This document shows positions 40,013 through 52,316 of a stretch of 64,000 bases of DNA, piece by piece (the first letter of the stretch is position 1; each line of letters begins with the position of its first letter). The notes beneath the pieces are model-generated. The model was not told the origin of the DNA. It did no database searches and saw only the letters and a program-made list of their open reading frames with translations. The DNA comes from Thermoanaerobaculia bacterium. Lineage in GTDB: Bacteria; Acidobacteriota; Thermoanaerobaculia; Multivoradales; Multivoraceae. The stretch covers positions 2,752,001-2,816,000 of the forward strand of contig OY762911.1 in the NCBI GenBank assembly GCA_963666565.1. Reading direction: 5' to 3'. Position numbers and translations under genes: made by a program.

Positions 40013-41364
40013 CCGGGCCGGGTCGGCTGGCCGACACCGCGCGGACGTTCGCCCAGAAGGCCCTCGCTCGCGCCGGCGGGCAGGCGGCCGCGGCGGTGGG
40101 CGAGATCGTGGACGCGCGGCCGGACATCGTGCTCAGCCACGACAACACGGCGCCCATTGCCGAGACTTGGCGGCAGTTCGGTCAGGAGCGGGTCGCGATC
40201 CCGGAACGGATGGCGGTCACGCTCGACCACGCCGTGCCGGCGCCGACGGTACGGCACGCCCGGAACCACGCCGAGGTTCGCGCGTTCGTCGCCGAGCAGG
40301 GAGTCGAGCACTTCTTCGAGGTCGGGCGCGGCATCTGCCACCAGGTGCTGAGCGAGGAGGCGGTCGTGCTGCCGGGCGACACGATCCTCGGTTCCGATTC
40401 CCACACGCCGCACTTCGGCTGGCTGGGGGCGTTCGGCGCCGGCGTCGGCCGCAGCGAGATGGCGGTGCTCTGGGCCACCGGCGAGCTCTGGCTCAGGGTG
40501 CCGGAGTCGATCCGGATCCGGCTGGAGGGAGCGCTTGGCGAGTGGGTCACGACGAAGGACGTGGCCTTGACCCTGATCGGCGATCTGGGCGCCGACGGTG
40601 CGCTCTATCGGAGCGTGGAGTTCGAGGGGCCGGCGATCGCCTGCCTGAGCCTCGACTCGCGCGCGGCGCTGGTCAACATGATGGCCGAGATGGGCGCGAA
40701 GAACGCGTACATGCCGCCCGACGGCGCGGTGTTCCGGTACTTGGCCGAACGGTTGCCGACACGTCCGGGGCGTCGCCCGGGTCGCGGGACGCAACCCGGC
40801 GAGACGTCCGGCGAGGTCGCCGTCCGACTCAGGGAGCGAGCTCTCTATCCGGATGCCGGCGCCGAGTACGTGGCCGAACATCTTCTCGACCTTTCCTCGG
40901 TCCAGCCCCAGGTCGCCCGCCCGCACCAGGTCGACGACACGGTCGGGGTCGGCGAACTGGACTCGGTGCGGGTCGACCAGGCGTTCATCGGGACGTGCAC
41001 GAACGGCCGCATCGAGGACCTGGGCGCGGTGCATCGGGTGATGGCGGGCCGGCGGCTCGCCCAGGGCACGCGGATGGTCATCGTTCCGGCGTCGAGCGAG
41101 GTCTGGAGCGAGGCTCTGGCCCGCGGCTGGGTGGCCGACTTGGTCGCCGCCGGGGCCGTCTTCGGAACGCCGGGCTGCGGCCCGTGCATGGGCAACCACC
41201 TCGGCGTGCTGGCCCCGGGCGAGGTCTGCATCTCCAGCGCGAACCGGAACTTCCAGGGCCGGATGGGGGATCGCGGCGCCGAGATCTACCTCGCGTCGCC
41301 GGCGGTCGTGGCGGCGAGCGCGGTCGCGGGGCGGATCGCGCACCCGCGGGAGGTGGTTGGGTGA
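40009..41364 (+). CDS. hacA: Homoaconitase large subunit
   Basis: [47 protein letters not shown]; in the hcs operon. Confidence 0.88.
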   Translation: MTGPGRLADTARTFAQKALARAGGQAAAAVGEIVDARPDIVLSHDNTAPIAETWRQFGQERVAIPERMAVTLDHAVPAPTVRHARNHAEVRAFVAEQGVEHFFEVGRGICHQVLSEEAVVLPGDTILGSDSHTPHFGWLGAFGAGVGRSEMAVLWATGELWLRVPESIRIRLEGALGEWVTTKDVALTLIGDLGADGALYRSVEFEGPAIACLSLDSRAALVNMMAEMGAKNAYMPPDGAVFRYLAERLPTRPGRRPGRGTQPGETSGEVAVRLRERALYPDAGAEYVAEHLLDLSSVQPQVARPHQVDDTVGVGELDSVRVDQAFIGTCTNGRIEDLGAVHRVMAGRRLAQGTRMVIVPASSEVWSEALARGWVADLVAAGAVFGTPGCGPCMGNHLGVLAPGEVCISSANRNFQGRMGDRGAEIYLASPAVVAASAVAGRIAHPREVVG

Positions 41365-41434
41365 GCTGCCGGGCCGGAAGCCGAAGGGCGTCGAACGGTC
41401 CGGGCGCGACGCGTGGGCAGTGTGCGGGGGCGGC

Positions 41435-41953
41435 GTGACTGCGCCGGTCGACGTCGCTCGCCCGTTCCGCGGCCGGGTCTTCCGGTACGGCGACCACGTG
41501 AACACGGACGTCATCTTTCCGGGCCGCTACACCTACACGAAGAGCCGGCCGGAGGAGGTCGCGCCCCACGCGCTCGAAGACCTCGATCCGACGTTCGCCG
41601 GTCGCGTGCGGCCCGGCGATGTGATCGTCGCCGGCTGGAACTGGGGATGCGGTTCCAGCCGGGAGCAGGCGGCGGTCTGCCTGCGCTACGCCGGCGTCGG
41701 CGCGGTCATCGCGCGCAGCTTCGGGCGGATCTTCTACCGCAACGCCCTGAACAACGGTCTGCTTGCGATCGTCTGCCCGGAGGCGGTCGATGCGTTGGAG
41801 GAGGGGGCCGAGGTCGAGGTCGATCTCGGAGCGTCCGTGATCCGTTGCGGCGAGGCCGCCTACGGCTTTTCGCCCTTCAGTCCGGCCGTGCGCTCCATGA
41901 TCGCGGCCGGCGGCCTGATCGAGCAGACGAAGCGGCGGCTGGCGGCTGGGTAG
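41435..41953 (+). CDS. hacB: Homoaconitase small subunit (alternative start 41357)
   Basis: [45 protein letters not shown]. Confidence 0.88.
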   Translation: MTAPVDVARPFRGRVFRYGDHVNTDVIFPGRYTYTKSRPEEVAPHALEDLDPTFAGRVRPGDVIVAGWNWGCGSSREQAAVCLRYAGVGAVIARSFGRIFYRNALNNGLLAIVCPEAVDALEEGAEVEVDLGASVIRCGEAAYGFSPFSPAVRSMIAAGGLIEQTKRRLAAG

Positions 41954-41960
41954 GAGTGCC

Positions 41961-42989
41961 GTGACGCCGAGCAGCGACGTTTCGGCGGTGGCGCCGGTCC
42001 GCCTCGCCCGCATCGGCGGCGACGGCATCGGCCCGGAGGTCACAGGCGCCGCGGTACGGGTCGTCAACGCGGTCTGCGGCGACCGCATCGAATGGGTCGA
42101 GGCCGAGATGGGCTGGCGGACCTTCGAGCGCACCGGTCGCGCACTGCCCGAGGCCACGGTCGAGATCCTGGAGAGCTGCGCCGGCGCCCTGTTCGGCGCC
42201 GTCTCCTCGCCGAGCCACGCGGTGGACGGGTACCAGAGTCCGATCGTGGAGTTGCGGCGTCGTCTCGATCTCTACGCGAACCTGAGGCCGCTCCGCGCCG
42301 GCGCCGTCGACGCCGTTGTTGTCCGTGAGAACACGGAAGGTCTGTACGCAGGCCGGGAACGCTGGGAGAGGGAAGGCGAGGTGGCGATCGCCGAGCGAGT
42401 GATCAGCCGCCGGGCGACGGAACGGATCGTCCGTTTCGCCTGCGAGCTGGCGCTTTCGCGCGCGGCTTCGCGAGACCGACCACCCCTGCTCACCGTCGTC
42501 CACAAGGCGAACGTCCTCCGCCTGAGCGACGGCCTCTTCCGCGAGACGGCGCTCGAGGTCTCGGCCGGCTTCCCGGAGCTCGCAGTCGAGGAGCAGCTCG
42601 TCGACTCGATGGTCTACCGCCTGATCCTGGAGCCCGAGCGCTACGACGTGATCGTCGCGCCGAATCTCTACGGCGACATCCTGAGCGATGCCGGCGCGGC
42701 CCTCGTCGGCGGCCTCGGCGTCGTCGGCTCGGCCAACTGCGGCGAGGGCTTCTGCTTGGCAGAGCCGGTGCACGGAAGCGCTCCCGACATCGTTGGGCAG
42801 GGAATCGCCAATCCGATCGCCGCGGTCGCCGCCGGCGCATTGCTCCTCGAGCGGGTGGGCTTCGCCGCCGACGCGGCGCGCGTCGAGGAGGCCCTCGCCG
42901 AGCACCGGGCGGCTGGCCCTCGAACTCCCGACCGCGGCGGCGCCGCGACCACGGACGAGGCCCTCGCCGACCTGTTGGGGAACGTGTAA
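41961..42989 (+). CDS. Homoisocitrate dehydrogenase (beta-decarboxylating dehydrogenase family)
   Basis: GDGIGPEV, LFGAVSSP....GYQSPIV.LRR.LDLYANLRP, RENTEGLY, HKANVL, NLYGDILSD, EPVHGSAPDI. Confidence 0.88.
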   Translation: MTPSSDVSAVAPVRLARIGGDGIGPEVTGAAVRVVNAVCGDRIEWVEAEMGWRTFERTGRALPEATVEILESCAGALFGAVSSPSHAVDGYQSPIVELRRRLDLYANLRPLRAGAVDAVVVRENTEGLYAGRERWEREGEVAIAERVISRRATERIVRFACELALSRAASRDRPPLLTVVHKANVLRLSDGLFRETALEVSAGFPELAVEEQLVDSMVYRLILEPERYDVIVAPNLYGDILSDAGAALVGGLGVVGSANCGEGFCLAEPVHGSAPDIVGQGIANPIAAVAAGALLLERVGFAADAARVEEALAEHRAAGPRTPDRGGAATTDEALADLLGNV

Positions 42990-43110
42990 CTGGAAGAGGA
43001 GCCTGAGACTACGCGAGCCTGGACGCGCGCTTGCACGATAGTCTTGGTCGCCTGCCGTTGGCCGAGGCATGGCTCGCACGTCCCCGCACAACGTCTGGAG
43101 CGGCCCTGAA

Positions 43111-43335
43111 ATGGAGCGAATCGTCAACCTGCACATCGAGAAGCTGCCCGAAGGGGTGTACCTCGCCACTTCCGAGGACATCCCTGGCTTGGTCGCTCAG
43201 GGCCGCACGGTTGCCGAGACCCTGGAGATCGCCCGCGATGTCGGCACGAAGCTGCTCCAGGCACAGTCCGATCGCCAGGATCGAGGTACCGGAAGGTCGT
43301 CGACAGGGCACGCGTTGCTCGCAGGATCGGCCTAG
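43111..43335 (+). CDS. HicB-like antitoxin domain, orphan or degenerate
   Basis: LHIEKLPEGVYLATSEDIPGLVAQGRTVAETLEIARDV; no HicA partner visible. Confidence 0.7.
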   Translation: MERIVNLHIEKLPEGVYLATSEDIPGLVAQGRTVAETLEIARDVGTKLLQAQSDRQDRGTGRSSTGHALLAGSA

Positions 43336-43872
43336 CGGCGATCCGTGAAGATTGCGCCCGCTTCGACCAGTGGATTACGGATCTGGAGGACTTGGGGCGT
43401 TCGTAGTGGACGAGGAGTCTCTGCTCGCAGGTGCCTGCTCTTTCCCGGCGGCGCGTATCTCTTCCAGTAGTGCGCGCGCACCATCGCTTAGTGCGTCCGC
43501 AGCAGCTCGGCGGCAAGTGAAGAAGCTGCGTGCGCTTGCGGTCCTGACGCCGTCGTCATTCTTCTCGCCCAAGTCAAAGTCGAAGTACCGTCCCGAACCG
43601 GACGAGTCGATCACGAAGGAATAGCGAGAGCCGGGCTCTTCATCGTCGGGGTCGTCCCAGTCCCACCGCAATTCGAGTCCTTGAGCGCTGGTCCGGGCGG
43701 TGTGGCGAATGTTCAGCAAAGGAATGCGAACCTCGCCGATGCCGGGCAGCGTGGCCGGTTGCTGCAAAGCGACGTGATCTGGAGACCCAGAGCCGCTGCC
43801 TCGCTCCGTACAGGTCCACTTCGTCGCCTGCGCGTGGAGCCCAGTCGCGACGGTATGGGTCTGCAGAAGACG

Positions 43873-44037
43873 ATGATTCACTTGTTCGGGATCAAGTGTG
43901 CCGACGAGATCGAAGCATGCGGCACTTCGGCGGCTGATCTCTGTCGCATGGCCGGCATGAGCCACACCTATGGCACGGAGATTCGCAATGGCTGCCGCCT
44001 CGCCCGCTTCGTGGAGATCGTTCCCGGCCGGCTGTGA
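43873..44037 (+). pseudogene. Fragment of a small HTH-like protein
   Basis: MIHLFGIKCADEI...YGTEIRNGCRLARFV resembles a small conserved family (IHLFGIKYA...TEI.KG..LA.YV) but lacks the N-terminal helix. Confidence 0.45.
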
Positions 44038-44118
44038 GGCTGACTTGTCGCTTCGCCTCGCAGCAAGGTGCTGGCCTTCGTCAGTGGTCGGAGCGACGGT
44101 GCCGAGCGACGGGTCCGA

Positions 44119-47391
<3,273 letters not shown>

Positions 47392-47503
47392 CCGGCGAGT
47401 CTACGACCGATCGGGCGGCTCGGCGATTCGCTCCGGCCCGGCGCCCGTTCCCGGGCGCAAGGACGGGAGGCCCGCGCACCGAAGCGCCGCCGCCAGGCGG
47501 GAG

Positions 47504-49846
47504 CTACGGCTGCCAGAGGTAGTTGAACTTGACGATCAACTCGCGCCTTGCCGTCTCCCTCGCGCTGAAGGCCGGGGCGTCCCAGTTGTGGTTGTAGACG
47601 ACGAACAGGTTGGCGCCGGGCTTGTAGATCCAGTTGAAGCGCACGTTGACGCCGGCCAGTCGAGCCGCGTCGTTGTACTGGGCGAGCGTGTTGAGGCGCA
47701 GGTCCGGGCTGAAGGCGGCGTCGAGGCGGACGGTGTAGATCGTGGCCGTGAAATCGCCCCGCGGCAGCATGACGTCGTTGTAGTTCCACTGGAACTCGGT
47801 CAGCAGGTGGCGCGACAGGCGAACGTAGCTCGACAGGACGTAGCTCCGGCGGTCGCCGCCGAAGAACTCGCCGACGTTGACGTTGCCGCGCCAGGCGAGT
47901 CGCCGTCCCTGGTTGGAGAACCCTCGCAGGAAGATCGAATCGAACTCGTAGAGGCCCGCGGGGATGACGATCCCGGGGCTGATCTCGAAGGGCTCGAAGA
48001 GTTGCTCGACGTCGTTGACGAACGCCAGGCGAAACCGGTCGTCGCCGGTGGTGCGCATGCCGATGGGCGCCAGGAGGAGCTTGCGGCTCTCCACCCGGCC
48101 CAGGCTTTCGCGCTCGAAGTAGTCGAGTTCCGCTTCGAGCGTCACGCTGCGGACGACGCCGCGGTTGATCCGCGGTTCCCATCGCACCCTCGGGTTGTAG
48201 CGGCGGAAGTCCCGGCGCAGGAGAAAGCCGGCGCCGGGATCGAAGCCGGACTGGGCCTCCATCAGATCGACGTTGGCGCGCAGGGTGCGCGTCGTGTAGG
48301 CCCACCCGGCGCCGAGGGCGCCGGTATCGTCGTTCGGCCGTTCGTCCTCGCTGGCGGCCCCGAACAGGTAGAACTGGGACTGCCGGTTCGGCTTGTAGTC
48401 GACGTCGACGCCGTAGAGCCGGTTGCCTTCGCCGCCGCGCGGATCGAGTTCGGTGTAGATCATGCCGACGCTCGACCGCTCTCCGAGATCGCGCTTGAGC
48501 CGGAAGACGCTGTGTTGCGCGGCGGAGGTCGCGGGCCGGTCGCCGGCCGCCACGGCCTCGGTTCCCACGGTCAGCAGGCCGAGGTTCCAGGCGCCGGCCC
48601 GGCCGGTGAGGCGTGCGCCGACGTCGATCGGAACCGCCTCGCCGCCGGCGAGACCGATGCGCCTCGAGAAGAAGGCCTTCATCAGCGGCGGCTGCATGCC
48701 CGGCGGGGCCGGCGGACCGAACTCGAAGATTCCCGCGTTCTCCAGGAAGAACTCCCGCTTCTCGGGGAAGAAGAGCGAGAAGCGGGTGAGGTTGACCTGC
48801 TGCTGGTCGACCTCCACCTGCGCGAAGTCCGTGTTGTAGGTGAGATCGAGGGTCAGCGATTTCGTGAGACCCCATTTCAGGTCGATGCCGCCGTCGACGT
48901 CGTCGATCGTCCCGCTTGACGGGTCCCGCGGCTCCTCCGCGGCGGAGGCCAGGACGAAGGGCTTGACGTCGAGCCGCCGACCCGGCTTGACGCCCGAGAT
49001 GCCGGTGAGGTCGCCAGCGAGCGAGACCCGGTGGGCCGCGTACATGCGAGTGACGGCGGACATGCCGATCTCGCGTCCGATCGGCGCCCAGTAGCTCTCC
49101 TCGTTCGTCCGGCGGACGACCCGGCGGACGTTGAGCCCCCAGACGCTCTGCGCCGGGTCGAAGCGCAGCGTCGCGAAGGGGATCGCGACCTCGGCCTGCC
49201 AGCCCTCGGCCGTCGTGCGGGCCGAGGCGGTCCAGACCCCGTTCCACTCGATGTTCTGGTCCTTGCCCTCGTCGGTGACCAGCGAGTCGGTGCGGGCGCC
49301 GAGCGGGTTGACTTCGAAGGTGACGCTGTTGCGCCGGTCGTGGAAGGTGTCCAGCACGATCGCCAAGGAGTCGTCGTTGCCTCCGTGGTCGGAGTCGCGC
49401 TGGAGTTCCCTGGCGACGATCGCCTCGGGCTCGGCGTCGTGGGCGCGGATCCCGAAGTAGAGCGTGGTCCCGGTGTAGACGACGGAGAACTCGGTCCGTT
49501 GCGCGGCCGGGCGGTCGTCTTCCGGTTCGCGGGCGGTGAAGTTGGCGGCGACGGGCGCCTGGGCCCAGGCGGCTTCGTCGAGCACGCCGTCGACGCGGAT
49601 GGGGGTGTCGATGCGGAGTGCCTCGATCGTGGGCCGCGGGCTGGTGCTCGTCTGTGCGGCGGCGGGGGAGTGCGGAAGGCCGAAGGCGAGGAGGAATCCC
49701 GCCACGGCAAGGTGGAGCCGGCCTTGCGGCCGGCGCGTCCCTGCGCCAGCCGCGTCACAGTCCGAGCGCCCGTCATCGGGCGGTCGGATGTCGGACCCGC
49801 GCACCCAGCGTGCGGCAAGGTCCCTGAGCCACGGCGCAGCGGGCAC
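47504..49846 (-). CDS. CBM9-like + DUF5916 outer-membrane protein
   Basis: IRVDGVLDEAAW, GWQAEVAIPF.TLRF, NTDFAQVEVD...NLTRFSLFFPEKREFFLEN, FFSRRIG, aromatic C-terminus. Confidence 0.85.
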   Translation of the reverse strand: MPAAPWLRDLAARWVRGSDIRPPDDGRSDCDAAGAGTRRPQGRLHLAVAGFLLAFGLPHSPAAAQTSTSPRPTIEALRIDTPIRVDGVLDEAAWAQAPVAANFTAREPEDDRPAAQRTEFSVVYTGTTLYFGIRAHDAEPEAIVARELQRDSDHGGNDDSLAIVLDTFHDRRNSVTFEVNPLGARTDSLVTDEGKDQNIEWNGVWTASARTTAEGWQAEVAIPFATLRFDPAQSVWGLNVRRVVRRTNEESYWAPIGREIGMSAVTRMYAAHRVSLAGDLTGISGVKPGRRLDVKPFVLASAAEEPRDPSSGTIDDVDGGIDLKWGLTKSLTLDLTYNTDFAQVEVDQQQVNLTRFSLFFPEKREFFLENAGIFEFGPPAPPGMQPPLMKAFFSRRIGLAGGEAVPIDVGARLTGRAGAWNLGLLTVGTEAVAAGDRPATSAAQHSVFRLKRDLGERSSVGMIYTELDPRGGEGNRLYGVDVDYKPNRQSQFYLFGAASEDERPNDDTGALGAGWAYTTRTLRANVDLMEAQSGFDPGAGFLLRRDFRRYNPRVRWEPRINRGVVRSVTLEAELDYFERESLGRVESRKLLLAPIGMRTTGDDRFRLAFVNDVEQLFEPFEISPGIVIPAGLYEFDSIFLRGFSNQGRRLAWRGNVNVGEFFGGDRRSYVLSSYVRLSRHLLTEFQWNYNDVMLPRGDFTATIYTVRLDAAFSPDLRLNTLAQYNDAARLAGVNVRFNWIYKPGANLFVVYNHNWDAPAFSARETARRELIVKFNYLWQP
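49733..49807 (-). repeat. Hairpin repeat family R2 copy, within the predicted 5' coding region
   Basis: GACATCCGACCGCCCGATGACGGGCGCTCGGACTGTGACGCGGCTGGCGC matches 61113-61188 and 58623-58677. Confidence 0.85.
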
Positions 49847-49859
49847 GCCGCCAGACCTC

Positions 49860-51719
49860 CTAGACCGTCTTCGTTCGCTGGTCGGCGAGGCTGAACTCCT
49901 GGTGCCAGGTCGAGTCGCCGCCGTCGCCCTTGCGGTCGACGACGACGTCGACGAGGAAGGGTTCGCCGGCGCGCGTGACCTCGATGCCGCGGCGGATCGC
50001 CGGCCGCAGGTCGGCCGCCGACTCGACGGCGACGCCGTCGACGCCCTGGCTTCTGGCGAGGCCGGCGAAGTCGATGTCGGGATCGCCCAGGTGCATGCCG
50101 GTGTAGCGGTTTGCCGCCTTCATCCTGCCGTCGTAGCGGGCGTAGGCGAAGCGGACCGTCTGGTAGTTCCGGTTGTTCGTGACCACGGTCAGCACCGGCA
50201 CGCCGTAGCGGGCCTGGCTCCAGAAGCCGGAGGCGCTGTACATGACCGAACCGTCGCCGATGTTGCAGACGACCTGCCGGTCGGGCTGGCCCAACTTGGC
50301 ACCGGTCGCGGCGCCGATGCCCCAGCCGAGGCCGGCGCCGGAGGTGGCGAGCCAGGTCTTTTCGTTGTCGCGATGGCCGGTGGAGAAGAACTGGTTCGAG
50401 CCGCTCAGGTTCTCGCTGACGACGATGGCGTTCGGGTCGAGTTCGGTCTCGAGCACGTGGCCCAGCTCGTCGGCGTGGATCGGGCTGCGACCCACGTTGG
50501 CCGGGTCGAGCTGCGGCAGCCGGCGGGCGGATTCGGGTCGCGAGTCGCGGATCTTCTTGCGGCGCTCTTCAGTGGTCAGCGACTCGACCGCCTCCACGAG
50601 GGCCTCGGCGGCGAGCCTGGCGTTCGCGACGACGGCGCGGCCGAACGGCCGGTCGCCGCCGATCGCCCCGGTGTTCAGGCCGATCCAGGCGCTCCGGGAA
50701 CCCTCGGCGTCGGGCCCGGCGGCGGCGGTGCCGCCGATGTCGCCGACGCCGATGCGGAGCACGAAGTCGCGGCCACGGCTGTTGTAGCCGCCGGCGTACA
50801 GCGGGTGCATGCGCGGGAAGCTGTGGAACGGCCAGTTCACGTCGGCTACCGGCACGGCGAGCGACTCCGCCAGCTCGAGCACGGCCTGCTGGGCGCCGGC
50901 CTTGCTCACCTCGTCGCCAACGTGGAGGATCGGCGACTCGGCCTCGATCAGCATCCGCGCCACCGCCTCGATGTCCTCCGTACGGGCGGGAATGTCGTCG
51001 GGAATGATGAAGGAGGGGCGGTCATGGATCGTGGCGGAGACGCCCTTCGCCTCCAGGGCGTGGTTGGCCAGGGCCAGGTAGGTCGGGCCGCCGGGCGCCG
51101 TGGTCGCGACCTTGAAGGCGCGCCGGAGCATGACCGGAATGGACTCCGGATCCCGGGTCTCCCAGGACATCTTCGTGAACTGGCGGTTCACGTCCTTCTG
51201 GTCGAAGCCGGGCCGGGCCGCCAGCAGCAGGTTGTCGTCCTGCATCTCGTTGTCGAGCAGGCCGGCGGTCACGACGAGGGCGGAGCCGTCGCGGCTCGAG
51301 TTGTAGAGCTGGCCGGCGGACTGCGCGGTGCCCGCGATCACGTGGACGTTGACGAAGGCCGGTTCGCCCGAGGCCTTGTGGTAGCCGTCGGCCATCGAGA
51401 TGACGATCCCCTCGTGCAGCCCCATGATGAGTTGCATCTTCGGCCGGTCGAGGAAGGCGTCGAACAGGCCGACCTCGAAGGAGCCGGGGTTCGTGAACAG
51501 GAAGCGGACGCCGGCTGCCTCCATCTGCTCGACCATCAGGTCGCCGCCGGTGCCGCTGGCGGTGCGGCTGCCCGTCTCCGGATCGGCGTTCGCCGCGGCG
51601 GCCGCCGCGTTGGCCGTGGACTCGGCGATCGTGCCGGTGAGCCCCAGCGCCGTCAGCGCCTGAATGAACCCGCGGCGGGAGAGATCGTTGCGGAGGAAGC
51701 GGTAGACCAGTTCGTTCAC
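49860..51719 (-). CDS. ThDP-dependent enzyme (benzoylformate decarboxylase-like) with twin-arginine leader
   Basis: SRRGFIQAL leader; NPGSFE, LHEGIVISMADG (catalytic Glu), GDGSVMYS...NN ThDP motif. Confidence 0.85.
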   Translation of the reverse strand: MNELVYRFLRNDLSRRGFIQALTALGLTGTIAESTANAAAAAANADPETGSRTASGTGGDLMVEQMEAAGVRFLFTNPGSFEVGLFDAFLDRPKMQLIMGLHEGIVISMADGYHKASGEPAFVNVHVIAGTAQSAGQLYNSSRDGSALVVTAGLLDNEMQDDNLLLAARPGFDQKDVNRQFTKMSWETRDPESIPVMLRRAFKVATTAPGGPTYLALANHALEAKGVSATIHDRPSFIIPDDIPARTEDIEAVARMLIEAESPILHVGDEVSKAGAQQAVLELAESLAVPVADVNWPFHSFPRMHPLYAGGYNSRGRDFVLRIGVGDIGGTAAAGPDAEGSRSAWIGLNTGAIGGDRPFGRAVVANARLAAEALVEAVESLTTEERRKKIRDSRPESARRLPQLDPANVGRSPIHADELGHVLETELDPNAIVVSENLSGSNQFFSTGHRDNEKTWLATSGAGLGWGIGAATGAKLGQPDRQVVCNIGDGSVMYSASGFWSQARYGVPVLTVVTNNRNYQTVRFAYARYDGRMKAANRYTGMHLGDPDIDFAGLARSQGVDGVAVESAADLRPAIRRGIEVTRAGEPFLVDVVVDRKGDGGDSTWHQEFSLADQRTKTV

Positions 51720-51909
51720 GGTGGGTCCTCCCAGGGGCCGCGGGGGCCGGCGTTCCGGCCGGCGTTGCGTACTCCGTGTCGTTCGCGGCAGCCTAGCAGC
51801 CGGCCGGGAGCGCTCGCGCGACGCCGGGGCCGATCGCTGCTATCATCGCCCGCCGAACGAGACCGCCCCGACGCTCGCCCCCGAGACGTCGCGCCGATGG
51901 AGTCCTGAC

Positions 51910-52149
51910 ATGCCCAGAGTCTGCCGGATCACCGGCAAGAAGCCGCTGAGCGGCCACAACATCTCGCACGCGCACAACGTCACGAACAAGTGGCAGCGGC
52001 CGAACATCCAGACCAAGCGGCTGTATGTTCCCGAGCTGAAGCGGACGCTCAAGCTCAAGGTGTCGACCCGCGCGCTCCGCACGATCGACAAGAAGGGCCT
52101 GATGCCCTACCTGAAGAGTCGCGGCCTGACGCTGCGCGACATCACCTGA
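51910..52149 (+). CDS. rpmB: 50S ribosomal protein L28
   Basis: MPRVCRITGKKPLSGHNISHAHNVTNKWQRPNIQTKR...LKVSTRALRTIDKKG. Confidence 0.97.
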   Translation: MPRVCRITGKKPLSGHNISHAHNVTNKWQRPNIQTKRLYVPELKRTLKLKVSTRALRTIDKKGLMPYLKSRGLTLRDIT

Positions 52150-52302
52150 GGGCGGCGCAGCGGTCGCCGCTTCGCGGCGCGTCTCTCTGGCCGCCTGCGG
52201 CGGCAGCCGGCGGGAACCCGGGTGGCGCGGTTCGCGCCACCTGTGAACCAGTCCGTGCGCCCGTCAGCGGGCGCACGGATGGCACGCCGGCGCACCCGGT
52301 GT
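52150..52302 (-). repeat. Family R1 copy interrupted by a ~70-bp double hairpin
   Basis: GCGTCTCTCTGGCCGCCTGCGGCGGCAGCCGGCG ... ACGCCGGCGCACCCGGTGTG matches 15991-16047; the insert holds GGTGGCGCG/CGCGCCACC and TCCGTGCGCCCG/CGGGCGCACGGA stems. Confidence 0.7.
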
Positions 52303-52316
52303 GAGGCGCCGTGCGC

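Noticed and set aside
40009-42989. leuC/leuD/leuB assignment
   Set aside because: The operon starts with a Lys20-type homocitrate synthase, the dehydrogenase has the SSP...YxSPIV motif, and the leader carries Lys codons.
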